64,000 nt of DNA from Octopus vulgaris (lineage: Eukaryota): contig OX597814.1 in NCBI GenBank assembly GCA_951406725.2, positions 166,594,001 through 166,658,000 of the forward strand, written 5' to 3'. Numbering within the stretch: position 1 is the stretch's first letter; the number at the start of each line of letters is the position of its first letter. The notes under the pieces are model-generated. The model made no database searches and had not been told where the DNA came from. It was given only the letters and a program-made list of their open reading frames with translations. A program made the position numbers and the translations under genes. Shown here piece by piece: positions 12,510-25,796 of this stretch.

Positions 12510-13350
12510 GTGGATTAATGAAGACAATTGCATCAAGCGGTGCTGATCTCTAATTTTGGAGGGAACATGTGGAAGCGGTAGACCCAGGAAGATGTGGGAT
12601 TAGTGGTGAGAAAGGAACTTCAGATGTTGGGCCTCACAGACAGGATGACAGGGGACAGAAACTCTTGGCAGTTTGTTGTACTTGAGAACACACATCAAGG
12701 CTAAGTAAAAGCATGATTGTCCTTGCATGCTGACATACTCTGCATCCGTCTCAAGCCAAGCATTTCTAATCATGCAGGCTCGTGGGTGCTGGTGCCATGT
12801 AAAAAGCACCCACACTGATGCCACATAAACACAACTATGCTGATGTTTTTTGTTTGTTCCTACTCAAGCCACGCCTGGCTCATAAGGGCTGATTTCCCGG
12901 TTTCCTTGGCATATAGGTTCCCCACCTGGACGGGATGCTGGTCCATCGCAGGTGAGCTGCAAAATGCAGGAGGAAAGCGTGAGAGAAAGTTGTGGCAAAA
13001 GAGTCAGCAGAAGTTTACCGTTACCTTCTGCTGGAGCTGCGTGGAGCTTAAGTGTTTCGCTCATAAATACACACATCGCCCGGTCTGAGATTCGAACCCG
13101 CAATCCCTCAATCGCAAGTCTGCTGCTTTAACCACTAGGCCATGTGCCTCCACAACTATGCTGAGGCCATGTATAAAGCACCCAGTACACTCTGTAAAGT
13201 GATTGGTGTTAGGAAGAGCATCCAGCTGTAGAAAACATGCCAAAACAGTCATGGCGCCAGGACAGCTCTTTGGCTGGCCAGCTCCTGTCAAACTGTCCAA
13301 CCCGTTTCAGAATGGAAAACTGAGGTTAAGTGACGATGATGATGATGATG
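12510..13350 (+). mobile_element. RTE-clade LINE 3' end with (GAT)n tail, interrupted by a SINE
   Basis: EGTCGSGRPRKMWD..VRKELQMLGLTDRMTGDRNSWQFVVLENT, followed by the abundant aaagcaccc..ttaggaagggcatccagctgtagaaa..gatgatg 3' module. Confidence 0.7.
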
Positions 13351-13559
13351 ACTGGTTCAGTTTCACTTCTTTATAATTATTCATTAATTGGTAAACTATT
13401 TAACCAACTAACTAATCAATTGTTTGATTACTCATTCAGTAAACCAATCAATCAGGTATGTTTGTCAAAGTCCTTTTGGAAAACCATTATCAAGAATCTT
13501 GCAAATCAAATACAAAAAATTAAATATTATTCTATAATTTTAGTTATTATGCTTTATAT

Positions 13560-13963
13560 GTGTAGGAGTGGCTGTGTGGTAAGTAGCTTGCTTATGAACC
13601 ACATGATTCCGGGTTCAGTCCTACTGCGTGGCACCTTGGGCAAGTGTCTTCTACTGTAGTCTCGGGCCAACCAAAGCCTTGTGAGTGGATTTGGTAGACA
13701 GAAACTGAAAGAAGACCGTCGTATATATGTATATGTGTGTGTGTGTGTATGTTTGTGTGTCTGTGTTTGTACCCCCAACATCGCTTGACAACTGCTGCTG
13801 GTGTGTTTATGTCCCTGTAACTTAGCGGTTCGGGAAAAGAGACCAATAGAATAAGTACTAGGCTTACAAAGAATAAGTCCTGGGGTCGATTTGCTCGACT
13901 AAAGGTGGTGCTCCAGCATGGCCACAGTCAAAATGACTGAAACAAGTAAAAGAGTAAAAGAGT
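13560..13963 (+). mobile_element. SINE family A
   Basis: Full-length copy. Confidence 0.85.
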
Positions 13964-16077
13964 ATGTGTACAAGTGTATAAAGAAATGTATACACATATA
14001 TAACTAATTCGCACACATGGAAATGAGCATATTTTTATCATACAATGTTGTTTTAGAATGCAGGAGAAATTCCAATTCTAATCTAGCAGTTTTAAATCAT
14101 GGACTATAAGCCTTTAATTACTAGAACACTTTTCATTTACGTCACTCCTCTTTTTTCCTTAATCCATTTCCTCCAAGACCACTGATTATTTAGTAAATAA
14201 GTGGATTGTAGTTTGCAAAAGATGTGGAGATAATTATTTAAGTTCTACTAAAAGTATGCACAAATCATTATACATATCTCAAGGGAAGCATATAATGAAG
14301 GAAAATTCCACAGTATAGTTAGAAAACTTAGTAGTGTGTAGGAAGAAACAGACTTTTACTTAAGGGCTATGAATAAACACAAATTGTGTATTCAAATGTG
14401 AGAGAATATCAAGAATAGCAAATAGATATAATTTAGGAAAAGATTGTTTGATGAAAGTTGCATACAGCTTGCTTTAAGTAGACCTACATGAACAGAACAT
14501 ATAAACTTAACAGAGCAAAGATTTCTCAGAGTAATAGATTTTTGGTTATATCTATCAGGCTTTATATGCAATAACAGTGACTGACAAAGGCGTAAATCTC
14601 TATTACTGACTCGTATAGCAACAGACTTTATTTACTTTGGTCATGGATACATTCAGACACTGAAGTGGTAGTTTGACTTTCTAATACAGATGATTGGTAG
14701 AATCTCTGAAGTGATTTCTGTTTTCAGAGAAGGTTTTACCATAGTTGAATAATTCTAGATCAGATGATTGATCATGCATAACATGTCATTCATGGAGGTC
14801 GGTCATGTTGATGTTAAAAATATGTAATTTCAAAAATAATTATTATTATCAAATGATTGTTGTTGCAAACATTTCGATTCTGTTTAGAGAAGGTTTCTGT
14901 CAATATTGAAATAACTAAGAAAACTATTTGTGAAATAATTAAAATCTCAATTTCAACAAACAGAAAAGCATGCTTTTCAAAGAGAAAGTCAATAGGAAGC
15001 AAACACTATTGAGAAATATGTTGAATGGTGTAGTTTGAAACTTGATAGTTAGGATGAATTTTATTGCATACACATAGTGGAATAAGTTGTTGTCAATGTA
15101 AACGCTTGTAAAGATTGTACTCATTCACTTTCAGTGAGATATAATGCTATTACAAAAATAATGAAAATAAACACAGCTTTGCAGCGTACAATATTTAAGA
15201 CTTTAACAGCAAGCAAAGGTAACGTAGTCTAGAAGTTAGGGTATTAGACTCACATCATAAAACCATGGAGTCAATTCCTGGAACCGGTAGTGCATTGTTT
15301 TCTTGAGCAAGGTACTTCATTTCACACTGCTCCAGTCTTCTTATCTGAAGAGAGTGTCAGCTAAGTGCTGGTGAGTTTAGCCTGCTATCTCTCCAGCAGT
15401 CACACCCCGGATGATTTGTTAGGCCAATTTTGGAAATTACAATCCCCACTTTCTTAATTTTCAAACAGGAAATGAAACATAATTTAAAAACAATAGCAAA
15501 TTTTTTTTTATGTTTTCATTCACCCCCATCCTCCCCATAAACCTGTAAAATATCAGCTTTTTTCAAAATTTTTTTTAATCATGGATTTAAAATATGGATA
15601 GTCTGAATCTGCAATTTGTTTCTAATTTCAAAATAATTTTCAGAAGAGGTGATTTAAGGGAGATTTAGTTGTTGTTTCTAGCACATTGCATGACTACTTG
15701 GTACCTTGCTCGTTTCTTTGTCACTCTGACATGTATTGATGTTTTTCAATATTTCCACCACTCCTATCCCCCACAAACATATTTTATGGAGTGATGATGC
15801 GGTGGTTTGTTACTGGGAAGCATGCAACAACACAAAAATTTCTTATATTAATCTTTAACCCCACACCTGCATCAAGTGGGACCATGTGTATGTGCATGTG
15901 TGTAAAAGAAAAACATTTTCTAACAAAAAAGCATGCTATTAAAATGAATCATCTTTTACATAACTTTTTAAAATCACATGCACACACACACATACAGAGT
16001 ATGAGCGATATACTTTTATAGAAAGTGAAAAAGTTTACAATCTGAAAATGAAAGAAATAGACAAATATACATACATA

Positions 16078-16113
<36 letters not shown>

Positions 16114-16644
16114 CAGAGAGAGAAAGAGAGAAATTCTGTTGCTTTCACCAAATTTTGAAATTTCAAAATTAAGTGCAAATGTTCAGATTTGGTATATTGA
16201 TGTACTTTTTCACAATGAATCCAATTTTGCAATTCTTTTATTCAAAAATAATTTTAAAGAAAAATGTTACAGGATTTGGAAGCTAAGCATTTTGCATGTG
16301 ATAAGTTAAGTATCATAAAATGAAAGTAAATATTAGATGACAAAGTTTTAAACAAAATGAAATTTATGCATGAGAGTACATATACAGAGTGAGTGTCAAA
16401 GAGCATGGTAAGAATATATAGAGAGATACTTTGATGGCGATAGGGAGTGGGAGATTTGTGGATCTAAAAGTTGAGTTAGTTCTAGTAGCGAATTATATTT
16501 TATAACTATTTATGAATGACATTGTCTGTGGGACACAGGTTTTGAGAATCAAATTTGGTTTTCTTGAGGATGCACACATACATAACCATATACACTCACA
16601 TTTATACAGTAGATATATATGTATGCATATACATGTATACATAT

Positions 16645-17083
16645 GTGTGCTAAGAGCACCATCCAAGCATGATCGTTGCCAGAGCAACTAACTGGATTCC
16701 GTGCTGGTGGCACGTAAAAAGCACCATTCGAGCGTGATCGTTACCAGTGTCGCCTTACTGGCACTTGTGCCGGTGGCACGTGAAATAAGCATTCGAGTGA
16801 GGTCGTTGCCAGTGCCGCTGGACTGGCTCCTGTGCAGGTGGCATGTAAAAAACACCATTTGAGCATGGCCGTTGCCCGTATCGCCTGACTGGCCCTCATG
16901 CTGGTGGAACGTAAAAGCACCCACTATACTCTCGGAGTGGTTGGCGTTAGGAAGGGCATCCAGCTGTAGAAACTCTACCAGATCCGATTGGAGCCTGGTG
17001 CAGCCATCTGATTCGCCAGTCCTCAGTTAAATCATCTACCCCAAGCAAACATGGAAAGCAGACGTTAAACGATGATGATGATG
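16645..17083 (+). mobile_element. RTE-family 3'UTR fragment with ~62-bp tandem units
   Basis: About four gcaccattcgagcgtg..gccag..ctggc..gtgccggtggcacgtaaaaa units, then the conserved 3' module and (GAT)n. Confidence 0.75.
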
Positions 17084-18799
17084 ATATATGTGTGTGTGCA
17101 TGTGTGTTGTATGATATGTGAAGGTGCGTAGCCTAGTGATTAGGCTGTTGCTCTCATGATTGCTAGATCATGAGTTCAATTCCCTGACTGGGTGGAATGT
17201 TGTGTTCTTGAGCAAAGCACTTAATTTTACATTTCTCCATTCCCCCTTTGATCAGGGTGTATTGTTGGCCTGCTTACCTAGCCAGTGGGGGAGCATCATT
17301 TGAAGGCTAAAACAATGCAAAAAGTGCATTGTGACCAGCAATATGTAACAACATCTGATACTGTGGTCGGTCACATGTTCACGTGATGTGTGTGTGTGTA
17401 TATATATCTATTTATACGTATATAACCCATATCAGTATGAAAAATGAACATATGATGGTGATGATGACATATGTAATATATGTATAATGTAAAATTGTAA
17501 AAAATATTTTTTTAAATGTGAAAATCAGACTATTTGAATTTGATCAATGATGCACTCAAACACACACACACACATGCATGCATGCACACATGTACACACA
17601 CGTTGGTGATAATAAGTTTATGAAAATTGATGTCCAATCACAACTTATGTTCATAAATATTTTCCCTATTTTCTTATACAAATCATATTTTTATACTTGC
17701 TATATAAAGTTATATTTAAATGTATTTCATTAAAATCAAAGCCAATTTTTTACAGATTTAGTTGATATTTAAAATAATGAGTACTATGTATTTATGATAT
17801 ACAACAAAGATGTTTGAATTATCCTCATTTAATGTCTGCTTTCCATGTTGACATGGGTTAGGAAAATTGGTTCTTGCAATTGCCCTCACCTCCACCACCA
17901 ACAAGTCATCATCATATATGAACATGATCGATGCCAGGTCTGCCAGTCTGGCTCCTATGCCAGTGGCACATAAGAAGCACCATACAAACCTGGTTGATGC
18001 TAGTGCCCCCTAACTAGCTCCAATACCAGTGCCACATGGAAAGCATCATCCAATTGTGATCGATGCCAGGGCTGCCTTACTGGCCCCTGTGCCGGTGGCA
18101 TGTAAAAAGTACCCACTACCCTCACGGAGTGGTTGGCATTAGGAAGGACATCCAGCTGTAGAAACATTGCCAGATCAGATTGGAACCTAGTGCAGCCCAC
18201 TGGCTTTCCAGACCTCAGTCAAACCGTCCAACCTATGCCAGCATGAAAAACGGACATTAAACGATGATGATCATCATCACACACACACATGACTGACTTC
18301 TTTCAGTTTCTGTCTACCAAATCCACTCACATGGCTTTGATTGTCCTAGAGAACATTATCCAGGATGCCACGCAGTGGGACTGAACCTGAAACTATGTGC
18401 TCATGAAGCAAACTTCTTACCACCACACAACCATGTTAGTACTCTATGTGCAAATGTTCTAATTTTTCCTTCATGTTATGTGTTCATTGATACATGTCTA
18501 TATTTTCTTGTGTAAAAGATTAGCCATTCTAAGCTATTCACAAAATATTTACTTTTTTTTAGGGTTGTATAAACCAATTCTTATTTTATGAGATACGTTT
18601 GAAGAAAATGAAGCTTCCAATGTAAGCTATTTACTCTAATATTATCAACTGCTCATGTTTAGCAACTAAAAAATTGAGTGCCACCATAAATATTGTTTGT
18701 ATAATGTTTGAATATTTGAATAGGAACAAATTTTATTGTAGATAATAGGCTTTTTTTCCTATACATATATATATATTGTTTTTATCCTTTGGACCACAC

Positions 18800-19279
18800 T
18801 GGTATGGCTGTGCTATAAGAAGTTTGTTACCCAACCACATGGTTCTGGGATCAGTCCCACTGAGTGACACTTTATGCAAGTGTCTTCTACTACAGCCCTG
18901 GGCTGACCAAAGCCTTGTGAGTGGATTTGATTGGTGAAAACTGAAAGAAGCCCATTATATATATATATATGGAGGTGCAATGGTCCAGTGGTTAGGACAG
19001 CGAACTCACGGTTGTAGGATCACGGTTTCAATTCCCAGACTGGGTGTTGCAAGTGTTTATTGAGCAAAAACACCAAAAGCTCCACGAGGCTCCGGCAAGT
19101 GGTGGTGGCGATCCCTGCTGTACTCTTTTGCCACAACTTTCTTTCATTCTTTCTTCTGTTGGCCTACTTGCTTAGCCAGTGGAGTGGCGTCATTTGAAGG
19201 CTAAAACAATATGAAGCACATTGTGACCCGCGATGTGTAGCAACATCTGATAGCCTGGTCGGTAATGGTGATCATGGTG

Positions 19280-19330
<51 letters not shown>

Positions 19331-19460
19331 TGTGTGTGTGTGCACACGTTTGTTTTTGTCACCCACCACTGCTTGACAACTGGGCTTGATTTGTTTGACC
19401 AAATCCTTCAAGGTCATGTTCTGGCATAGCTGCAGTCTAATGATGGAAAAAAGTAAAGTC
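18800..19460 (+). mobile_element. SINE family A with nested SINE family E (18971-19279)
   Basis: The 5' and 3' halves are separated at the internal (TA)n by a second tRNA-headed SINE. Confidence 0.75.
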
Positions 19461-19898
19461 AATATGGCCAACTTTTATTGGAGAAGTATATGAATAATTG
19501 CACTGAACTCAGTATATTACTGGTAAATAAGTATTGGAGCAAGAAATCAAAAGCCACCTTTGACTTCTTATTCAAACTGCCTCCTCTCTGACACTCTTGG
19601 TCATTTACTCTCCTTCCAGTTACACTCTGGGTCAAGAGCAGAGACTTTGATGAGAGGACTCTTTAGACATGATGAACATGACAACCTCTCCAGTGTTGGC
19701 ATCACAATACTACACATTGAATACACTGTGTAAAGTGGTTCATGTTATGACAGACATGACAACCTGTGCAACCCATGCCAGTAAGAAAAACATATAAATT
19801 ATGATAATACACCACACCATAGTTGTTACACACAAGTGAATATGACTCAGTAGCACCACATACAATGGTTAGTGCACAGTACTCTGCAAGGAGCATTG

Positions 19899-20180
19899 GT
19901 GGAGGCACATGGCCCAGTGGTTAGAGTAGCGGACTCGCAGTCGAGGGATTGCGGGTTCGAATCTCAGACTGGACGATGTGTGTGTTTATGAGCAAAACAC
20001 CTAAGCTCCATGCGGCTCCGGCAGAAGGTAATGGTGAACTTCTGTTGACTCTTTCGCCACAACTTTCTCTCACTCTTTCCTCCTACAATGGATCGTCCTG
20101 TCCAGGTGGGGAACCTATATGCCAAGAAACTGGGAAACTAGCCCTTATGAGCCAGGCACGGCTCAAGAAGGAACAAACAA
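19899..20180 (+). mobile_element. tRNA-derived SINE family E
   Basis: tggcccagtggttagag..gggttcgaatctc head and (aaca)n tail; reverse copy at 12846-13152. Confidence 0.75.
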
Positions 20181-20443
20181 GGAGCATTGGGTCGGTTTCC
20201 TGGTTTCTCTGGCATATATATTCTCCACTTGGATGGGATGTCAGTCTGTCATAGGATTACTCATTTTCACCAGCTGAGCAGACTCGAGCAATGTAAAATG
20301 AAGTGTTTTGCTGAAGAACACAATGTGTCACCCAGTCCAGGAATTGAAACCACAATTTTACAATCATGAGTTTGACACCCTAACTACTAAGTCATGCTCT
20401 TCCATATACTGTGGCTTTTTCTGATTGCCTTACGTGTCTATGA

Positions 20444-21702
20444 ATTGTGTCATCCTATAAATAATGTGGTTTCTCAATTGCATGAACTAAAAGTCAGTGG
20501 GGGATGGGAAAAACTACCTGCATCAACTTGTTATAAAAGTAGTTAGTAATTTTACTTTGTCCTTATTCTTAGTGCAAGTTTTGAAGAGTGTAGTTCGATT
20601 TTAAGTTATTTTTTCAAAGCAATAATGGAAGTGACAAAGGAGCATATTCGGCATATTTTGTTTTAGAAGTTCAATAAAGGCAACAATGGAAAATACAAGG
20701 AATATTAATGCAGTATATGGGGATCAGATGATAAGCGTAAGCCAGTGTCAATGGTGGTTCCAGTAATCCCAAGCCAGAAGCTACAGCCTAAAAGACAAGC
20801 TTTGTTTTGGAAGATCTGTAGAGCTTGATGAGGACATCCTGGAAACCTTGATGGAACAAAATCCCATCATAACTGTTGAGGAACTAACAGAGAAGCTTGG
20901 ATTTGATCATTCAACCATTCATCAACACCTGCTTGCCATCGAAAAAGTCAGCAAATTGGGTCAGTGGGTTCTTTGCAAACTTTTCGAGTCGAATAGTGAG
21001 CAGAGAGCGAATGTGTGCTCTTCTTTGCAGCCATGTCTCATGAACAAACCTTTTCTGAACGAATAGTGGCTTGTGACGAGAAATGGGTTCTCTATGGAAA
21101 TGTCAAGCACTGAAGACAGTGGGTGGGGAAAGGAGAAACACCAGGACCCCAAATTAAAGAAGGTCTTCACCTACAGAAGGTGTTGTTATCTGTTTGGTGG
21201 GATATAAAAGGTTTAGTCCACTTTGAACTTTTAAACCCAAACCAAATGATAACAAAGGAAATCTACTGCAAGCAGCTTGAATGGCTTAAGTCTATACAAG
21301 AAGAAAAACGACCATCTCTGGTTTCAAGACGAAAGGTGTTCTTCCATCAGGATAATGCTCAGCCACATACAGCAAGGATGACATTCCAAAGGCTGGAGCA
21401 GTTTGAATGGGAAACGATGCTCCACCCACCATATTCACTGGACATTTCTCTATCTGTAGTCTTCAAAACCATTTGGATGGAAAAAAATATGAATTCTGTA
21501 GACAAGGTCAGAACAGTAGTAGAAGAGTATTTTTCATCATGGGCAAGTGAGTTGTAGAAGAGGGGGTTTTCAAGTCTACCAGATACATGGCATTGTAGAA
21601 AATGAAGGAGAGTACTTTTTAAGATTAAAAAAGAACTTTGTTTATCGTAATTTTGAAAAGTAAAAGTACAAAAACACTGCAATATTTAGGAGATTACCCA
21701 AT
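20444..21702 (+). mobile_element. Full-length decayed mariner (DD34D-type) transposon
   Basis: Degenerate TIRs attgtgtcatcctataaataatgtgg / ctgcaatatttaggagattacccaat; ~1.26 kb long; encloses a transposase pseudogene. Confidence 0.85.
20625..21620 (+). pseudogene. Mariner transposase pseudogene
   Basis: Fragments MEVTKEHIRHILF, KLGQWVLCKL (WVPHEL-like), CDEKWV, KVLLSVWWD, FHQDNAQPH and HPPYSLDIS, broken by stops and frameshifts. Confidence 0.9.
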
Positions 21703-22036
21703 ATATATGTACAGATAGTTAGATAAATTCCCATGCACACAGAAATACACATATTCTGTGTGTGTGTGTGTGTGTGGTACATGGATGGAAGTATGGCTGT
21801 TGTTGCATGATTATGAAATTTTTTGGATGGTGTTCAGGTATGAAGAAATGGCCTGATTTACTCCAACGATTAATGTGGAGCAGTAAATTGGACCATTTTC
21901 TCATACCCAAATACCACCTGAGGCTGATGTGTGTGCAAGTTCAATATGTATACACACACACACATACATACATTCATTCACATGCACACACACACACACA
22001 CGCATACATTCATTCACATGCACACACACACACACA

Positions 22037-22076
<40 letters not shown>

Positions 22077-22600
22077 GTATAAAGCAAAAAAGTGTAAATT
22101 TTGTAAATACTTCAAAATCTAATTTATATTGTTTCATTAGCATAATTAATTCCATAATTATGTAATTGAGATACATAATCTATTTTGATTGATTTAAAGC
22201 AATGTTTATCCCGGATCATCGGGAATATGAATTATATTAATCAGAAACTGTTACTAAAATTAATCAATTACGTAAGTTAATTGGATTAATGGTAGTTATT
22301 TTACTGAAACAGCTGTTGGATGAAATTAAATTGTGAATTATTAATGAATTTTTTTGTTTTTATGCTTTTCACTCTAAATATGTTACTCTCAAGGATTGCT
22401 TTAGCAAATTATGTATATATATAGGTGTAGGAGTGGCTGTGTGGTAAGTATCTTGCTTACGAACCACATGGTTCTGGGTTCAGTCCCACTGCGTGGCAAC
22501 TTGGGCAAGTGTCTTCTACTATAGTCTCAGGCCAACCAAAGCCTTGTGAGTGGATTTGGTAGACAGAAACTGAAAGAAGCCCATCGTATATATATATATG

Positions 22601-22637
<37 letters not shown>

Positions 22638-22639
<2 letters not shown>

Positions 22640-22920
22640 CTTATAAATAAGGGCTAAAGAAAATTATTTCTATGCCAATATGCTGATAACAGACTTTTAA
22701 ATCGTCAATTTCCACAAATTATTTACTCGCTACAGAAAACATGTAGAGCTTTGACGATTTAAAAGTCATAGATTTAAAAGTCATATTGGCATAGAAATAT
22801 TTTTCTTTAGACCTTATTTATAAGTTGTTTATAATTTTAGCCATAAAGGTATTTTAATATGCTGCCACATTTTTTGATGGAATTTTTTTCTGTAAAAAAG
22901 CTTCATCCTATATTAGTAGT
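22638..22920. mobile_element. Fold-back insertion in the (TA)n tract of a SINE (probably Penelope-like)
   Basis: Inverted arms aacttataaataagg..ttctatgccaatatg / catattggcatagaa..ccttatttataagtt, with TA tracts on both sides. Confidence 0.45.
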
Positions 22921-23115
22921 ATATATATATATATATATATATATAACAATATAATAAATAAATAAAATATATGCATATATACATACATATATGTACATAC
23001 TTACATCTATATGTATATATACAAGCATACATATATATATATGAGTACAGGACACCACAAATAAACGTAGAACACAACGAGAAACGAAAACATAAAATCA
23101 AACAAGGAAACAGAC

Positions 23116-23603
23116 TTTTTTTTAACAACGAAAAAACAGAGAACAGGACAAACAATACAAGGAAAATTCCCCTTCATCAGCTGCCCCTGGTTCGATTCAA
23201 TGCGTGTTTCGAGTCCCCCCCCCCAACATTGCTTGACAACCAATGCTGGTGTGTTTACACCCCCGTAACTTAGTGGTTCAGCAAAAGAGACCAATAGAAC
23301 AAGTACTAGGCTTACAAAGAATAAGTCCTGGGATCGATTTGCCCGACTAAAGACGGTGCTGTAGCATGGCCACAGCAAATCGATCCCAGGCCTTATTCTT
23401 TGTAAGCCTAGTACTTGTTCTATTGGTCTCTTTTGCTGAACCACTAAGTTATGGGGGTGTAAACACACCAGCATTGGTTGTCAAGCGATGTTGGGGGGGG
23501 GCGCACTCGAAACACGCATTGAATCGAACCAGGGGCAGCTGATGAAGGGGAATTTTCCTTGTATTGTTTGTCCTGTACTCTGTTTTTTCATTGTAAAAAA
23601 AAA
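23116..23603. repeat. ~228-bp-arm inverted duplication of a Penelope-like fragment plus SINE 3' half
   Basis: Arms 23116-23342 / 23375-23603 with a 32-nt loop; the arms share private substitutions. Confidence 0.85.
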
Positions 23604-24092
23604 GTAAAAAAGTAGAAGAGAGTAAAGAGAGTAATACATGCAAGCCTTTTCCATTTAGATTTACCGTCATGTTATAAGGTGTTAGAGCTTAATTACCTAT
23701 TATTAGTTGAGTACTTAATTATTGTGCATATATTTTTTTATCCTTTTAACATCTATTTTTTCCATGCTTGCATGACCCTGTTGGAATTCATTGAGGCAGA
23801 TTTTCTACAGCTGGATGCCACCAACCTTCCTGTCACCAACCTTCACATGATTTCAAGCAAGCAAATATTTCCACATGGCCAGACATGTTTTCACAAAATA
23901 TTAGAAATGAAAGACATTGTTTGCACGGCAGTGATACTTGTGTGCAACAATCACATGATGTTAAGCCAGGGAGACTCAAACATAACACACACACACACAA
24001 AAGGTTTCTTTCAGCTTCCGTCTAATCCACTCAAAAGACTTTGGTAGTAATGGTATATTGTAGCCTAAAATGGCATGTAGTATAGGGTAAAG

Positions 24093-24430
24093 TGAAGGCG
24101 CATGGCTCAGTGGTTAGAGTGTTGAACTTACGACCGAGAGGTTGTGAGTTCGAATCCTGGACCGGGCTGCGTGTTGTGTTCTTGAGCAAGACACTTTATT
24201 TCACGTTGCTCCAGTTTACTCATCTGTAGAAATGAGTTGCGATATCACTGGTGCCAAGCTGTATCAGCCTTTGCCTTTCCCTTGGATAACATTGGTGGTG
24301 AGGAGAGGGGAAGCTGGAATGCATGGGCGACTGCTGGTCTTCCATAACTAACCTTGCCCGAACTTGTGCCTTGGAGGGTAACTTTCTAGGTGCAATCCCA
24401 TGGTCATTCGTGACCGAAGGGGGTCTCCAA
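24093..24430 (+). mobile_element. CORE-like SINE family B
   Basis: tRNA head tggctcagtggttagag..gagttcgaatcc, then the CORE-like tgtgttcttgagcaagacactt..ctcatctgtagaaatgag. TSD-like atagggtaaag / atagagtaaag. Confidence 0.8.
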
Positions 24431-24440
24431 TAGAGTAAAG

Positions 24441-24771
24441 ACCTCCTTCGGTAATGAATGACCATGGGATTGCAACTAGAAAGTTACCCTCCGAGGTACA
24501 AGTCTGGGCAAGATTGTTTAAAGAAGACCAGCATTTACTCATGCATACCAGCTTCCTTGCTCCACGATGCCAATGTTATCCAAGGGGAAAGCAAAGGCCA
24601 ATACATTTGGCACCAGTGATGTCTCAACTCATTTCTACAGCTGAGTGAACTGGAGCAACATGAAATAAAGTGTCTTGCTCAAGAACATAACACAAAGCCC
24701 TATCCAAGAATTGAACTCACTACCTCATGATGATGAGCCCAATGCTCTAACCACTGAGCCATATGCCTTCA
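24441..24771 (-). mobile_element. CORE-like SINE family B (tail-to-tail with the previous copy)
   Basis: Reverse-complement homologue; another copy at 34135-34440. Confidence 0.8.
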
Positions 24772-25596
24772 TCATGTAGTATAAGTGAACCCTAAACCAT
24801 GCAGTTGAGAAGTAAAAGAAAAGTGTGTGACTAATTTAACACTTTATCATTTAAACTGACCATATCTGGCCAAAATATCTGATCTGGTTTATGTTCAAAC
24901 AGGCCAGATCTGGCCTCTCACACTACAATGTCATTATGAAAATAAACAATCATGTCATTGAAATCTTGAAGCTAAAAGATAATGCATGATTAATTCAAAA
25001 CAATGCAAATAAAAAAGAATTACATTTGACAAAATAATCTGAATGCTAAAGAGTTAATCATTTAATTCCTTTACATATGCTTCAGTGATACAATTTCATG
25101 AGTACCATATTTTCAGAAGGTAAACAATTAAATATAAATACACAATTTGTTAGAAAGTATTTATATTGTAGGAATTACTGAGAAAATAGTATAGATATAG
25201 TGTCTATTTTGTAGAGGTCAGAAGCAGTTGTATCGTAAATATACTTACTGATATATTCTATATATTTAATTGTTTTCCTTCTGCAGAAGTGATACCCTTG
25301 AAACTGTATCACTGATATGTTTAAAGGAATGAAATAATTAAGCTAATCACTCTTGTTTGTGTACTTTTTCTCTTATTACTTAATCATTATATATAATCTA
25401 TGATTGTTACAGCATGTAGGCCTGCATCATAAGATCATGTGTATGGTAACACAAATTTATTTTCCAAGTGTTTATATTGGAGTGCAACAGAGCATATGGA
25501 GTTCTAAATAAATAGTTATGTGAAGCCTTATAAAGGCACATTACTAACATATATTATACATACACATGTGTGTGTATGTGTGTGTATATATATATA

Positions 25597-25796
25597 TAGG
25601 GAGAGTTTACGAAAAAAACAAAAGACGAAGACAGGTGGTGTACAAAACAAACAGACGTATTAGTATAACGCTCAGGAATAGAAAAAGTCTTTTACGTTTC
25701 GAGCCTACACTCTTCTACAGAAAGGGACACAAAAGAACAAGGAGAGAAACAAGGAGAGAAAAAAATGTGTGTAGTGGCTAACGATCTATCATGGCA

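Larger units (their letters stand above)
22423..23635 (+). mobile_element. SINE family A expanded by nested insertions
   Basis: 5' half 22423-22590, 3' half from ~23215, tail resumes at ~23604. Confidence 0.75.

Noticed and set aside
23505-23560. GAAAC...CTGATGA as a complete hammerhead
   Set aside because: The motifs are present, but I could not build consistent stems I-III; likely a truncated Penelope terminus.
24093-24165. tRNA genes at SINE heads (also 19899, 18971)
   Set aside because: A/B boxes are present, but there is no complete cloverleaf and they continue into SINE bodies.
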